In this document: positions 21,601 to 31,783 of the stretch, piece after piece
Numbering within the stretch: the first letter of the stretch is position 1
Layout of the letters: each line of letters starts with the position of its first letter
Assembly: GCA_004764695.1 (NCBI GenBank)
Contig: SMSO01000031.1
Coordinates: 472,436-536,435 of the forward strand
Length of the DNA: 64,000 bases
Direction of reading: 5' to 3'
DNA from: Schizochytrium sp. TIO01
Taxonomy: Eukaryota > Protista > Bigyra: Labyrinthulomycetes
Translations under genes and position numbers: made by a program
Notes under the pieces: generated by a model
Told to the model about the DNA's origin: nothing
The model's input: the letters and a program-made list of their open reading frames with translations, nothing else
The model's database searches: none

Positions 21601-24600
21601 CCTAGCTCTGTCTGTGGATAAAGGCAATATTCGCTCAAGCACAGTTACTCGAAGCGCTCGTCGTAAGGGCCCATTATCAGAGCATTGCCCGCGCATGAGT
21701 GAAGCCATGATGGATGCAGGTTATACGACTTCACCATCTATGCGTGATCTTATGGGCATGACTGACGAAGAGCTTAAGTCAGTATCCAATTTTCGCATTG
21801 AGCGCGATAAATATGGATCTGTACAATGGGTAGGCAAGGTTGACGTTCGCGATCTTGACATTGATGCAGTTGTAACCATCGAAGAGATGTCTATTGAGGT
21901 ATATCCTGATGAGGACGGCACACCTGAGCGTGGGACAAAGCTGAATCGTCCAGCTATATGTGTGCTCAGTCATGTAGAGATTCCGAACGACTTTGAAGGA
22001 GCCAAGGAAGACTTTGCACAGTGGGTCAAGGAGACGTACCAACCCCTACTTAAGGACACTACCTTTATTAGCTATGATGTCGAAACTTCTGATTGGTGTT
22101 TCAAGGTGGAACACTTCACTCGCTATGCATTTAACACGGATGCATCTACTCCGTACCCACGCTCGGCGCGCGGAAGACGTGCGCGTGAGGTATCTCGCGA
22201 GGAACCTCTTACTCCTGGTCTGCATGGCAGAGACGATGAGATGGACCGATTGGAGGTGGATGATGATCGCGGCTCTATGGGTGAGTTTTCCTCTCCTGAG
22301 GATTTGAATGGTGGTACAACTGGCAGCAATACTTACGATGATAGGTTTAACGTCGATGCGGGACATGATGAATTTCGGCATCAACAGCCAGGACACCAGG
22401 CTCACATGCTTAATGCGTTACCGGCAGGTTTGCAGAACGTCCCTCCTCTGCGAGGTTTTAGATTCAATCAAGCTCGTCCCTTGGCCAACCAGGAATTGGG
22501 CAGAGACCCCTTTGGAGCTATTGGCCATGGTGATGATGATGATGATGATGACGTGGATATTGAGGGTGCTGGACTTTACTCCGTTTCATCAATTAGACCA
22601 GAACCCATTTTATTCAACGAACTGAATGAATTACCAATTGAGGATGGACCAACGTTTGCGATTTTTAGGGATGCAGGTGGAGATGGAAGACTGTTGCAAG
22701 GGGGATTAGGGGAATTAAATAGAACGCAGAGGCCCCCTATCCGAAAGTTGCATCGGCCGTTCCGTGCGAGTTGGGGTGCCAATGGGAGACTTGTTTTTGC
22801 TAAGGGTTCTCGGGTACAGTTGATGAAGGTGAATGTGGATGATCCTACACCTAGCGATGGCGAGCGTATTCGTATTGTTATGGACGCCTGCAAGATGCAT
22901 GTAGCAAATACAAGGGCCATTCAAAACGAGGAAGATGACGATATGAGACGTGTAGAGCATTCTGCAAATTGTGTACTTGCCACAGCGGTTGATAACCTTC
23001 TGGGGCACGCGCAGCCTTCTCCAAGCTTCGGTGCCAGCAGTACAGAAGTAGAAGTGAAGGTTTGGTCTTTGATTAAGAACTCCTGGTTTGTTGGAGGACC
23101 TTGTGTTCCCGACCCAAGCATTGCCGAGTCAGTCGAGATGACCTGGGAGTCATGGTATGAAGCCCTTCCTCGTCGCAGTGAAACTGCTGTTTGCAACCAG
23201 AGGCGTATTAGGGATGAGTGGCTTGATAGTCATGATACATGGCTTAAAGAACATCTGACAAACGAAGCTCCTGAGTATCTTGGCGACGTGGCTGGTGCTT
23301 TGAGTTTGAAGTGCATTGAGCAGGCCAGCGACCTGGCTATAGAAAGGGGAGACTTTCGTCTTGCAACGCTCATTAGTCAAGCTGCAGGAGATTGTAAGGT
23401 TCGTGATCTGTTGCGCAGACAGCTTGAGCTATGGACTGAAAATGGTGCAATCTCTCACATTGACGATGAACTTGTGAATATATACCAAATGCTGGCCGGT
23501 AATGTTCAGGAGGAGCAGCGCAAGAAACCTTGGCTACGCGCTCTTGCCCTGAACTCATGGTATGCGCATGACCCCCTTGCTAACCTTGCTCAAGGCATGG
23601 GAACCTATCAGTCTGCCTTTATGGCTGGATATGCTCCTTCTCCACGCCCAACTTGGTACAGCCAGAAGCATGACTGTACCAATTGTTTTGATACTGTGTA
23701 TCAAGTCCTTCAATTAGCTTGCAGTCCAAACACTCATCCAATGGCTGATGTTCTGAACCCACGCGGCTACTCTGGAAACATGCTTACATATGGAATGTCG
23801 TGGACTTTGTGGCACATTTTGAAAAGTTTTGGAGTTTTTGGAGGAATGCTTTCTTCCCTGCAAGAGCACCAGCTTGGAATGAACTATATCCTTGAGCTTG
23901 AAGCTAAGGGTTCTTGGACTTGGGCTGTTGCAGTTGCCATGTTTCTTCCTGAACCTGCAAAACGTGAAGAAGCAGCACGCGCTTTACTCGATAGGCATTT
24001 TTCTGCATCATCGGAAACAAGCATCTTTTTTCAAGAGTTAGGCATTCCACAAACCTGGATAGCCTACAGCGCTGCATTTCGCCAGGGTTACTCTGCGAAT
24101 ATCGGCGTTGATGCTTTTGAAAGCCGTTGCGCCGAGGCGGAGAGTTATGGCCTGGCTGGTGATCTTGCGCGGCGTTGCCAGGTAATTGATGAACACTTGG
24201 CTACTCCTGCAATCCTTAACGGTAATACTTCTCTTCTTTATAGAATGCTGAGGCCCGATGAGGAATATATTCAACATACTGCTGTGACAACGCGTGCAAG
24301 GTGGGCTTGCCGATGCTTGGTTTATCTTGAGTATGCTTGTCTTCGTGAAAGGTTGAGGAACATTGAGGAGGACGACATTTTTGACTTCAGGGACAGCTGT
24401 CGCAAATTACAGATGGACTTGATCGCGCTGCAAAGTAACCGTACAATCGCGTTGCACTCCGCCCTTGCTGCGGAGATTGGCACGTGGTTACAGTTAAGAG
24501 CTACTGAAATTCTCCGGAGTACAGGTACAGATCACTCCACAGATCCACGCGATTATGAAGCTCCTCTATTGGTGCCTGCTCATGAGACGGTTTTGCGTAC

Positions 24601-24643
24601 TGCTGTTGCTCGCCTCACTGTTTCTTTTATCGAATCATTTTAA
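18626..24643 (+). CDS. NUP98: Nucleoporin Nup98-Nup96 precursor
   Basis: ATG at 18626 (MSFGGF). GFG/GLFG repeats; GLEBS (GTTVEFQP..ILAMNQYANKSAEQLRLEDY); autoproteolytic domain (YTTSPS..VSNFRIERDKYGSVQW..FKVEHFT); Nup96 part (FRASWGANG, GDFRLATLISQ, W..ALAL..WY). Confidence 0.96.
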   Translation: MSFGGFNSGGGGGFGNSGGGGFGNSGGSGGSLFGGGNSGGGFGASNTGGGFGASNNSGGGFGASNNSGGGFGASNNSGGGGFGSSNSGSSFGFGGGNNNSGGGFGSSNTGGSFGSSNTGGGFGSSNTGGGFGSSNTGGGFGSTNTGGGFGSTNTGGGFGSNTSFGSPSQPANNSFGSGGSFGSSNTGGGFGSSNAGGGFGSTNTGGGFGSTNTGGGFGSNNTGGGSLFGGSSTSNNSVSFGGFNSSSTSAGGFGSSNATGGFGASNSGGGFNAGSTGTTVEFQPTVDSASSSNEVFMTILAMNQYANKSAEQLRLEDYSAGRRPGSTQGNSGQPASGGFGAPASGGGLFGSNNTNANSGGLFGGGGNSGTSFGASNNNGGGALFGSSGNTNSFGTSSSSGGMFGSSNTSTSGFGSTSTGFGSNTQTNSGGGLFGGGNNTNSSGGGLFGGGGNQNTNTGGGLFGGGGNTNTAGGFGSNQPQSGGLFGSSNSQASSGGLFGGNTANNNTFGNSANNSGGGLFGSTNNNPSGGFGSSNASGGGLFGGSNTGTAGQTNQFGSSGGSLFGGPTATNNTSGGLFGGSNNNAGGGGGLFGSSNNTSASGGGLFGSTNTNTSGGGLFGSSTAAPNTGGGLFGGSAGTSGGGGLFGSSSAAPANGGGGLFGGSGASTGFGSSNTTGGGGLFGSSGNTSNTFGSANTSGGGLFGSTTTNNTAGGGLFGNSGTSSFMQSSQPQQQPMQNQMQPNNQLLMQQQMLALTQGEPYAMGPSSQMARHIALANEAWNPEPNSEDKSRDVDDDSDRLGRHSGSVVKSDKTKTPGRGVGSTPIGKVQIRPRGYGRTYGAVASMVGSDAASAPGSSLRSARTVSAAAPSTPGPSNGNVKTATDKAKQDKPGNGVLTPGVFDLNKRLSIKKSNRKNTPLALSSSQNVPAIENVDSEDSHSQYRGGASSSDDENKSYDDSLKTPSRTGGAKSHSKSSSTPLHDEEGVYDTPDRLALSVDKGNIRSSTVTRSARRKGPLSEHCPRMSEAMMDAGYTTSPSMRDLMGMTDEELKSVSNFRIERDKYGSVQWVGKVDVRDLDIDAVVTIEEMSIEVYPDEDGTPERGTKLNRPAICVLSHVEIPNDFEGAKEDFAQWVKETYQPLLKDTTFISYDVETSDWCFKVEHFTRYAFNTDASTPYPRSARGRRAREVSREEPLTPGLHGRDDEMDRLEVDDDRGSMGEFSSPEDLNGGTTGSNTYDDRFNVDAGHDEFRHQQPGHQAHMLNALPAGLQNVPPLRGFRFNQARPLANQELGRDPFGAIGHGDDDDDDDVDIEGAGLYSVSSIRPEPILFNELNELPIEDGPTFAIFRDAGGDGRLLQGGLGELNRTQRPPIRKLHRPFRASWGANGRLVFAKGSRVQLMKVNVDDPTPSDGERIRIVMDACKMHVANTRAIQNEEDDDMRRVEHSANCVLATAVDNLLGHAQPSPSFGASSTEVEVKVWSLIKNSWFVGGPCVPDPSIAESVEMTWESWYEALPRRSETAVCNQRRIRDEWLDSHDTWLKEHLTNEAPEYLGDVAGALSLKCIEQASDLAIERGDFRLATLISQAAGDCKVRDLLRRQLELWTENGAISHIDDELVNIYQMLAGNVQEEQRKKPWLRALALNSWYAHDPLANLAQGMGTYQSAFMAGYAPSPRPTWYSQKHDCTNCFDTVYQVLQLACSPNTHPMADVLNPRGYSGNMLTYGMSWTLWHILKSFGVFGGMLSSLQEHQLGMNYILELEAKGSWTWAVAVAMFLPEPAKREEAARALLDRHFSASSETSIFFQELGIPQTWIAYSAAFRQGYSANIGVDAFESRCAEAESYGLAGDLARRCQVIDEHLATPAILNGNTSLLYRMLRPDEEYIQHTAVTTRARWACRCLVYLEYACLRERLRNIEEDDIFDFRDSCRKLQMDLIALQSNRTIALHSALAAEIGTWLQLRATEILRSTGTDHSTDPRDYEAPLLVPAHETVLRTAVARLTVSFIESF
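18635..20780 (+). repeat. Coding FG-repeat region of Nup98 (GGGFG repeats before GLEBS, mostly GGGLFG after)
   Basis: Near-tandem 27-30 nt units, e.g. ggaggttttggagcctctaataactct. Confidence 0.9.
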
Positions 24644-26375
24644 ATATCCTGTTTCCTCGTGCACTTTATATGCTCACTAAAAACAATAACCGGTTTCTGT
24701 GCATATCCGTGCAACACCTTCCCTCACTCTTCACCCTTCCCTTTCTTTGCTAGCTTTTAAAAAACTTAAAACAAATTTATCATTTGCAGCTATTGAGCAT
24801 TCTATCACCGCCTCCAACTAGATGTGTTCTAGTGCACCTGTTTCCAGTCTCTAAATAGTAGTAATGCAAAACGTGAGTAGATGTTTTGATGGGTGAATCC
24901 TGACTACTCTTATTTCTCTCCACTTTTACGGAGCCTGAATGTAATATATTGCTGCACTCGAGCTGGTCATATGCGCGAGGAGCACACTGTTATTATCCAA
25001 AGTCTTTTGATGAGCGCTGGCAAACAATCAAAGTATCTTACTAGTTGACAGCTTCTGCAGCATCAGTGCTACCATTTTTGAGTTCTTCTAGTCTTTTCTT
25101 GATATTAGATGATGAGCGGTAGCTTCTAGAAGCCCATACTTTGTACTTAGATCGGTTAAAGTCAGGCTACATGTCGTTCTGAGGTCCACGGCAATTATTT
25201 TAATTCTTATAGAATGTAGAATTTTACGCAGAATTTGGGACTGCAGACTGTACGAGTATATTTTGCTTGGAAACTCAATTCAATCTACCTATATACCATT
25301 TCATCAAGTCTGAGCTCGTTGAATCTGAAGAATGTTAGCATCAAACAATATGAAACATGTCGCGATGGAAGGAAGGGCAAAGATGAAGAAAGTGCCGTAG
25401 TTCTTATTTCCTTTGAAGAAACCAAGGAGACGATAAAATACCCTCATTCTGGCAAAATCAGTCAAGGTGGTGCACCTAAATAGTGCTCGCGCGAAGTAAA
25501 ACGAAAATTTTTGTACTACCACGGTATCCTACATTCTCTGTACTTTAACACGGAATAGGCCCTACACTGTTTATTGTACCTACCTACCATCTCCAACTAA
25601 GTACTGATAGTCTACATTTATTTACCTACTAGGGTTTGAAAGAAAGAAAGAAAGAAAGAAGAATTGACTGCTGATGAGTGGGAAGGAGTGAAACAATGAA
25701 GAAATCAACGGGTGTTTAGCAGTGTTTGCAATATAATCGAGAAATCAACTCAAGAGAGAGAGCTCAAGTTGATCGAGAGAGGCACCAAAGGCTCTCGCGT
25801 TTAATGCTATATAATTGACTCATGCGGTTTGGGATCAGGCAGTCTGGGGCGAACAGACAAATGATTCAAACAAGCAAACAAAGACGCACGCAAACAAACA
25901 AACAGACACACAGACAAACAGCTTTAATCGAACAACCATTCACAAAACAAAACAAAGCAAAAAGAAAGAAGTAAAAAGAAATTCAATTTTGAAACAGACA
26001 AAATAAAAGAAATAAAAAGAACAACGATGATGGATTCTCAGAGAGACCCTGAAGCAAGCAACTTAGGTAGGTACTCCTATGTTGACGGTACGTAAGTAGC
26101 TAAGTAAAGCAGAAGCTGAGTTCATAGGTTAGGTTAAGTATGATGATGCGTAGCAGTACTAGCGTAGTACGTAGCCAGCACTAGGCATTCCTATTTAGAG
26201 AGGAGCTGTGCCTAATACTAGCTATATAGGTAGGCACTATTTGAACAGTAGGGAGGTAGAAGAAAGAAAAGAAAAAGAAAGAAAGCAAGAATGACAAGGC
26301 AGGGTAAGGCAAGGCAAGGCGAGGCAAGAAGAAGCAACAAGTGACGAGAGCGACAGCAAAACGAGAGAGCGCGCC

Positions 26376-29300
26376 ATGGACGCGGACGTTTTGCGCTCAC
26401 AGCTGAGGAAGTCTCTGGGGTCTTCCAAAAGGTTTCAAGGAGTGGCTCTTCGTCACGACGACGAGTCCAGCGAAGATGATGACGACAAGCACGGAGACGA
26501 AACCAGTAGCGTAGAGAGCAGCGCTGAAGACGAAGACGAAGACGAAGAGGAAGGCGAGGAAGAGGAAGAGGAAGAGGAAGACGACGATGAAGATGACGAC
26601 GATGAGAATGAAGATGACGATGACGAAGATGATGAAGTGTCAGATACGTCAGACTCGCAAAAGAGCTCCCGTGGACCAACTGCATCATCGCCATCGTCAT
26701 TATCATCGGCCTCAGCATCAGGTAAGATGATGGGTATGACGTCAAAATCGAACTCATCAGACTCACTAGGAGCCCAAATCAAGTCTCTGGGCAATGCTAA
26801 ACGTACTTCTGCGTCTCATGGGGCTCGAAGAGATCATGAGATGCTCCGAGAAACGGATGATGATGATGAGAATTCGGACGGCAGTTCTGACGAAGAGCAC
26901 ATGGGAGCCACAACCACATCGGAGAAACACGCGCTCAGAAGTCTAGCAAATGGCGCAGGCGAAGGTTCCGAAGATAGTACAGCTGCAGAGGGAAACAATA
27001 TGAGTCATGCCTCAGTTCTAGACGCCTGGTCGAGGCAGATTGAAGAAACTATGGGCCATCGCGCTACGCCTAAACCTCGGCGCCGAAACCGCATGACAAG
27101 CGATGACTTTGAAGACGACCTTGACGACGACGAAGACGAGTCTGCCTTCAATGTACAATACTCTAAAGCACATGCCTTGCCAGCCAGCGCTAGTGAGCGT
27201 CCACCAACAGCTGAAGGTCAAGAAGGTGCTGACGAATTTATTCCTGGTGCACAATCTCGAGAGGATCTTGAAAACCTGGGTAAAACATTCATTCGTGTGA
27301 AAGCTGAAACCGGGGTGTGGCTTGACCGCGTACTTGGGACTTCAATGTTTGAAACTGGAAGTAATATTGATGCTACTGACACAGGAACTCTGTACCAAGT
27401 CCTTAAATCTGGCGTTGTTCTCTGTCGCATAGCAAATGCCATTCTCCCTGGGTGCATTACATCCTTTACAAGTGATTTCTCAAAGGAAACGCCATACATG
27501 CAGCCACTTAGCGAACGGGAAAATATAAAAAAATTCATTCGGGCCTGTCACGACGCAATGAGCATTCCTGATTCGCTGCTTTTTGATGTTGGAGACCTGC
27601 ACAACATGCAAAATATCCCAAAGGTAATTCTATCTTTGCGTGCTGTTGCTGAGTATGCTCGAAAATTCCTTCATTCTGCTCCTGAAGTACATTGGCGGAA
27701 ACTTGATGATGTTCCTTTAATGCACGATGAAGACGCTGTGCTCATGGCATCTTCGGAAATGTCGAAGATGGATAGCGCGACGGTACACCACATGTACGCG
27801 GTGGATTCTGCAGCGAAGGATTCACCAGTTAAAAGCAATCGTTCCCCAGAAGAACAGAACTTTGAAGACCGCAAGCGAAATATCCAGAAAAACCTTGTTT
27901 TATCAACCCTCACACTCCAGCAGCAAGCACAGTCGCAATATATGCAACGTCCTCATTCGGCGCGGTCTGGCGGCTCTTACTCACCCGCATCCTCTTCAAC
28001 GTCGCGGCCAACACCTGTATCAGCGTCAAACCTTGCAGATGAGCACGATCAGCGTGCCGGAGTGGAGACAGCGTCACTAGGTGATGCAAATAACCTTCAC
28101 GTAGGTGAGCAGTCCGTTGAGAGCTGGTTAGCCTCCCTGGGCCTATCCATATACTTTGGTGCGTTCGTTGAAGATGGCTGGGATGAGCTATCAACAGTGG
28201 CTCTCATGCATGCTAGTGATTTAAGGGATGTTGGAGTTCGGAAGAAGGGCCATGTTCGTAAGCTGGAGAGGGCTATTAAACAACTTAAAGGTGGCCTTAG
28301 TGCAACTTCGGGGCGAGAATCTCCAATGTCCGGAAGCATGCGTAGCTCTCGGGCTGGATTTCGCAGCCCGCCAGCTTCCCCAGAGCGCACAAGCCGAATT
28401 CCTAAGTCCCCTCGTGGGGGGTTTGCTACTCAACTCAATCTTGGTGCGATGCGGGGTCACAGCCTGCATTCTATGGATCGGCAAGAGCTCTATAACAAGG
28501 ACAAGACTTGGGCAGAGTGTCGAACTCGAGCAAATGTAACACAGGACTTAGACGATGCGAAGGCGATATGGAAAGATTTGCACGACATTAGAGCCGACAT
28601 GGAGCGACATGAAAGGTCGTTGGCGCGTCCTGAAGAAGCTAAACGCTCCATGCGGCACCTCCTTACTTTAACCGAAGACCTGGTGCGCTCTCTTATGCCC
28701 TTTGACGCACCAATTGTAATCGACATAGGCTGGGACTCGATAAAATGTGGCTATGTTTTTAGCAAGACTCCTGTCCTTCTCCCATCGATTGTAGGCAAGT
28801 TTGAGCATGCACAAAACAGCATGGTCCGCACGACGCAGTCATCTACAATGTCAGTGGGGCGTGATGTGTTCGATGAGTGCGGCAAGTCTCTCCAGGCGGG
28901 TGGGTCTCGCTCGAGCAGCTATACAGGTGACCAGGGAAGCTTCGTTGTACGTCATGCTATTCATCGGGGTATTGATTCAATTGTTGACCCTCAGGTTGTA
29001 GAATGGGATGACATGGAAAAAATTCTTCAGCACATGTACAGGGACATCCTGCAGACCAAGGCCGAACATCATCCTGTTTTAATTATTGAGCCTTGCCGAA
29101 GGTGGGGGTCAGCTGAACGAAATCGATTGATGGAGATTCTTACAAACATATTCAAAGTTCCGGCAGTATACTTTACACCCGCAGCTCCGCTGGTTGCGTA
29201 CAAGGCTTCTCAGAAAAGTTGCGTTGTACTAGATATGGGCGAATCGCGATCAACGGCTAGCGTTGTCTTCAATAACAGGTTAGTGAAGAATGCAGTTGTT

Positions 29301-30770
29301 CACTCACCAATTGGTGGTTTGCAGCTTACAGAATTGATGATGCAATCCCTCACCCAGGATGGATACGACTTTAAGTCGGTGTTCGAAGCCCAGAACCCAG
29401 CTCGCTTTTCGTCAACACGACACTTTATGGAACAAGAGATGGCCCGCGAGATAAAGGACCGCGTTTGCGTTATATCGAATGGTTACGAAGAGTACTGTGT
29501 TACTGCGGAGAACCTGCCTGATATTCTTGGAGCTTATCTTCCACGCGTCACCCGGGGCGCGCCTTACCTCAATGTTAGTGAGGCCCGTGTGCAGGTTCCC
29601 GAGGCTCTCTTCTCTCCTGATTTGGTTCGACGTGATCAGTTTTATAATGGCGGTAGTCTTCAACACATTATAAAGGCCGCTTTGGACCTCTGTACCGAGT
29701 CAATTGTGGCTGCTGCCTCAGAAACTGTGCTCATTTGCGGAGGCACGGGCAACCTTCGAGGTCTTGCTGGTCGCTTGCAGAAGGAGCTAAATGAAATGTT
29801 TGCACATGAATCTCGAAAACCTCCACAAGTAATCCTCGCTACGGAGGATGATCTCACTGACAGTGTTGAAAACCCCATTTTCACAGCCTGGCAGGGTGGC
29901 TGCATGCTAGCGTTGCAGCACGATTTTCAGATGCGGTGGATTGCGCGTGAGGCTTTTCTAGAACAAGGCGATGAGGTGTTTACAAAATCCTCCATTGCAG
30001 AGGGCACTGGCCCATTCCCGTTGTATAGTCCTGACACAGCTTTATATAAGGCAAATAGAGCAGTGCACTCAATGCGGGAGTTACTATCAGTTTTGGGGAA
30101 AGGGTCAGCATCCTCAAGTCAACCTCAAGAAGGGTCCTCACTCTACGATGGACATCATCAACCACGAGGTGAGGATCTTCGAGGAAGGCAGCAGAACTAT
30201 CAAGACCAGCAGCAACAACCAAAGATTGATATGCACCAGGTGCAATCTCATCAGTCTCAAGGACGATCAATGGCGCATCGGGCCAAATCTCCTATGAGTA
30301 GCTCACGTATCAAGTCTCCACGCTCTGTTCGCTCGCCACATACAGGCTTAACTGTCGATTCTAGAGTTAACACGAAATACGATGATGAGAGTTACAGTGA
30401 ATATCTCTCGCCCCGTTCGTTGAAGAGCATGATTCAAGACGTGGCCGTTTATCTGGAGCAGCATAAATGTTCTGAAGGCCTTGTCCTTGATGTAAAAATG
30501 CATCTTTTTGAGCAGTATTCTCGCGTTCCACCTCGCAGGCGTCTTTCCGTTGAAGATATTTTACTTTCGTTGCCAAAAGAATTGAGGGACCGCCTTGCAA
30601 AGTTTGTTTCCATGAGCAATCTCGAAGTTGAACAACAGGGGCGGCGGTCACCCATGAGTTCTCGCAATGGTATCATCAGCAATCTTCTTCATGCCAATAG
30701 TGGTGGGGAAAGCGATGACTTCGATGATGACGATGACGACGGCGAGGAGTACTTTGCTATGGCAATTTAA
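26376..30770 (+). CDS. Multidomain actin-fold protein: acidic N-terminus, calponin-homology (CH), SAM, actin-related domain, C-terminal helical module
   Basis: 1464 aa. CH: VWLDRVLG..LKSGVVLCRIANAI..ENIKKFIRAC..LFDVGDL..IPKVILSL. SAM: VESWLASLGLSIYFGAFVEDGWD..DLRDVGVRKKGHVRKL. Actin: PIVIDIG..PSIVG..WDDMEKI..HPVLIIEP..FKVPA..VLDMG..IGGLQLT..AREIKD..PEALFSP..CGGTG..RLQKEL..AWQGG..WI. Confidence 0.88.
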   Translation: MDADVLRSQLRKSLGSSKRFQGVALRHDDESSEDDDDKHGDETSSVESSAEDEDEDEEEGEEEEEEEEDDDEDDDDENEDDDDEDDEVSDTSDSQKSSRGPTASSPSSLSSASASGKMMGMTSKSNSSDSLGAQIKSLGNAKRTSASHGARRDHEMLRETDDDDENSDGSSDEEHMGATTTSEKHALRSLANGAGEGSEDSTAAEGNNMSHASVLDAWSRQIEETMGHRATPKPRRRNRMTSDDFEDDLDDDEDESAFNVQYSKAHALPASASERPPTAEGQEGADEFIPGAQSREDLENLGKTFIRVKAETGVWLDRVLGTSMFETGSNIDATDTGTLYQVLKSGVVLCRIANAILPGCITSFTSDFSKETPYMQPLSERENIKKFIRACHDAMSIPDSLLFDVGDLHNMQNIPKVILSLRAVAEYARKFLHSAPEVHWRKLDDVPLMHDEDAVLMASSEMSKMDSATVHHMYAVDSAAKDSPVKSNRSPEEQNFEDRKRNIQKNLVLSTLTLQQQAQSQYMQRPHSARSGGSYSPASSSTSRPTPVSASNLADEHDQRAGVETASLGDANNLHVGEQSVESWLASLGLSIYFGAFVEDGWDELSTVALMHASDLRDVGVRKKGHVRKLERAIKQLKGGLSATSGRESPMSGSMRSSRAGFRSPPASPERTSRIPKSPRGGFATQLNLGAMRGHSLHSMDRQELYNKDKTWAECRTRANVTQDLDDAKAIWKDLHDIRADMERHERSLARPEEAKRSMRHLLTLTEDLVRSLMPFDAPIVIDIGWDSIKCGYVFSKTPVLLPSIVGKFEHAQNSMVRTTQSSTMSVGRDVFDECGKSLQAGGSRSSSYTGDQGSFVVRHAIHRGIDSIVDPQVVEWDDMEKILQHMYRDILQTKAEHHPVLIIEPCRRWGSAERNRLMEILTNIFKVPAVYFTPAAPLVAYKASQKSCVVLDMGESRSTASVVFNNRLVKNAVVHSPIGGLQLTELMMQSLTQDGYDFKSVFEAQNPARFSSTRHFMEQEMAREIKDRVCVISNGYEEYCVTAENLPDILGAYLPRVTRGAPYLNVSEARVQVPEALFSPDLVRRDQFYNGGSLQHIIKAALDLCTESIVAAASETVLICGGTGNLRGLAGRLQKELNEMFAHESRKPPQVILATEDDLTDSVENPIFTAWQGGCMLALQHDFQMRWIAREAFLEQGDEVFTKSSIAEGTGPFPLYSPDTALYKANRAVHSMRELLSVLGKGSASSSQPQEGSSLYDGHHQPRGEDLRGRQQNYQDQQQQPKIDMHQVQSHQSQGRSMAHRAKSPMSSSRIKSPRSVRSPHTGLTVDSRVNTKYDDESYSEYLSPRSLKSMIQDVAVYLEQHKCSEGLVLDVKMHLFEQYSRVPPRRRLSVEDILLSLPKELRDRLAKFVSMSNLEVEQQGRRSPMSSRNGIISNLLHANSGGESDDFDDDDDDGEEYFAMAI

Positions 30771-31564
30771 TCACTTTCTACGTGGGTGTTTGTGAAAGGC
30801 TCCGCAATAATTCATCTCTCATTTTCATAGTTTTCAGTATTCATACCATGGCATAATCAAATCAAAGAGAGATAGAGGTCATTTTTAGGATTGAAACTCT
30901 TAACACGTTATTGTATTCGTGAGTAAACCGACTAGGATAAACTTTATCTTTGCTTTACTAAAAAATAAAAAGGATATTTAAATCCTACTATTGACTACCT
31001 GCTTGGTTTCAATAATTGTTGATGGTTGAGAAAAGTGACATCTCATGCAGGTAAGTCTGGCAATGAACAAACCTCCTAGGAGTTGAATTAATATTGCAGA
31101 ATGTACAAAGTTGCAGAGGTTGGAGCTCTTCACACAGTACTTGTTGCGCTTGATGTCGTTTGGTAGGTAGACACCTTAATGGGGTCTAGATTTGCAAAAG
31201 AATGTTTTTGGTGATACATTAGGTACCTTGTGACTCTCATCGTTACAGATAGTATTAAATTAATTTGGGCACCACCTCCTTACTTTACAAATATTAGCTG
31301 ACCTACCAACTAACTAAGTACCTAGCCTAGCCTCGTAGTAGTATTCTTTCGAGGTAGGATAGCTAGCTACGATTGCAAAGACTTCTAACTTGAAGCAAAA
31401 GAAGAAGGACCGGCGCTGGTAGTTACCTCCTTACGCACCTACTACTTGATGGTAGGTAGTCCAGCTAGTGAGAGTAGGCACAGAAGAAGGAGGAGGAGGA
31501 GACTCGAAGAAAGAAAGATGCAAAACCAAGCATCTCTTAAGAGATCTAGTCGTACTCTCATTGG

Positions 31565-31609
<45 letters not shown>

Positions 31610-31714
31610 GTAGATAGATAGATAGAGACAGAGGGAAGAGGACGTGTTTTAGAGAGGATAAGGGTGGTAGGTAGGTAGGTAGGTAGGTAGGTAGGTAAGT
31701 AAGTAAGTAAGTAA
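31565..31714. repeat. Compound (GATA)n-(GGTA)n-(AGTA)n microsatellite upstream of HIS6
   Basis: Directly visible. Confidence 0.92.
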
Positions 31715-31783
31715 GAAGAAACTTTGCAAGCAAGCAAACAAACTCACAAGGCAAAGGCAAAGGCAAGTAGAAAGCAAGAAAAG

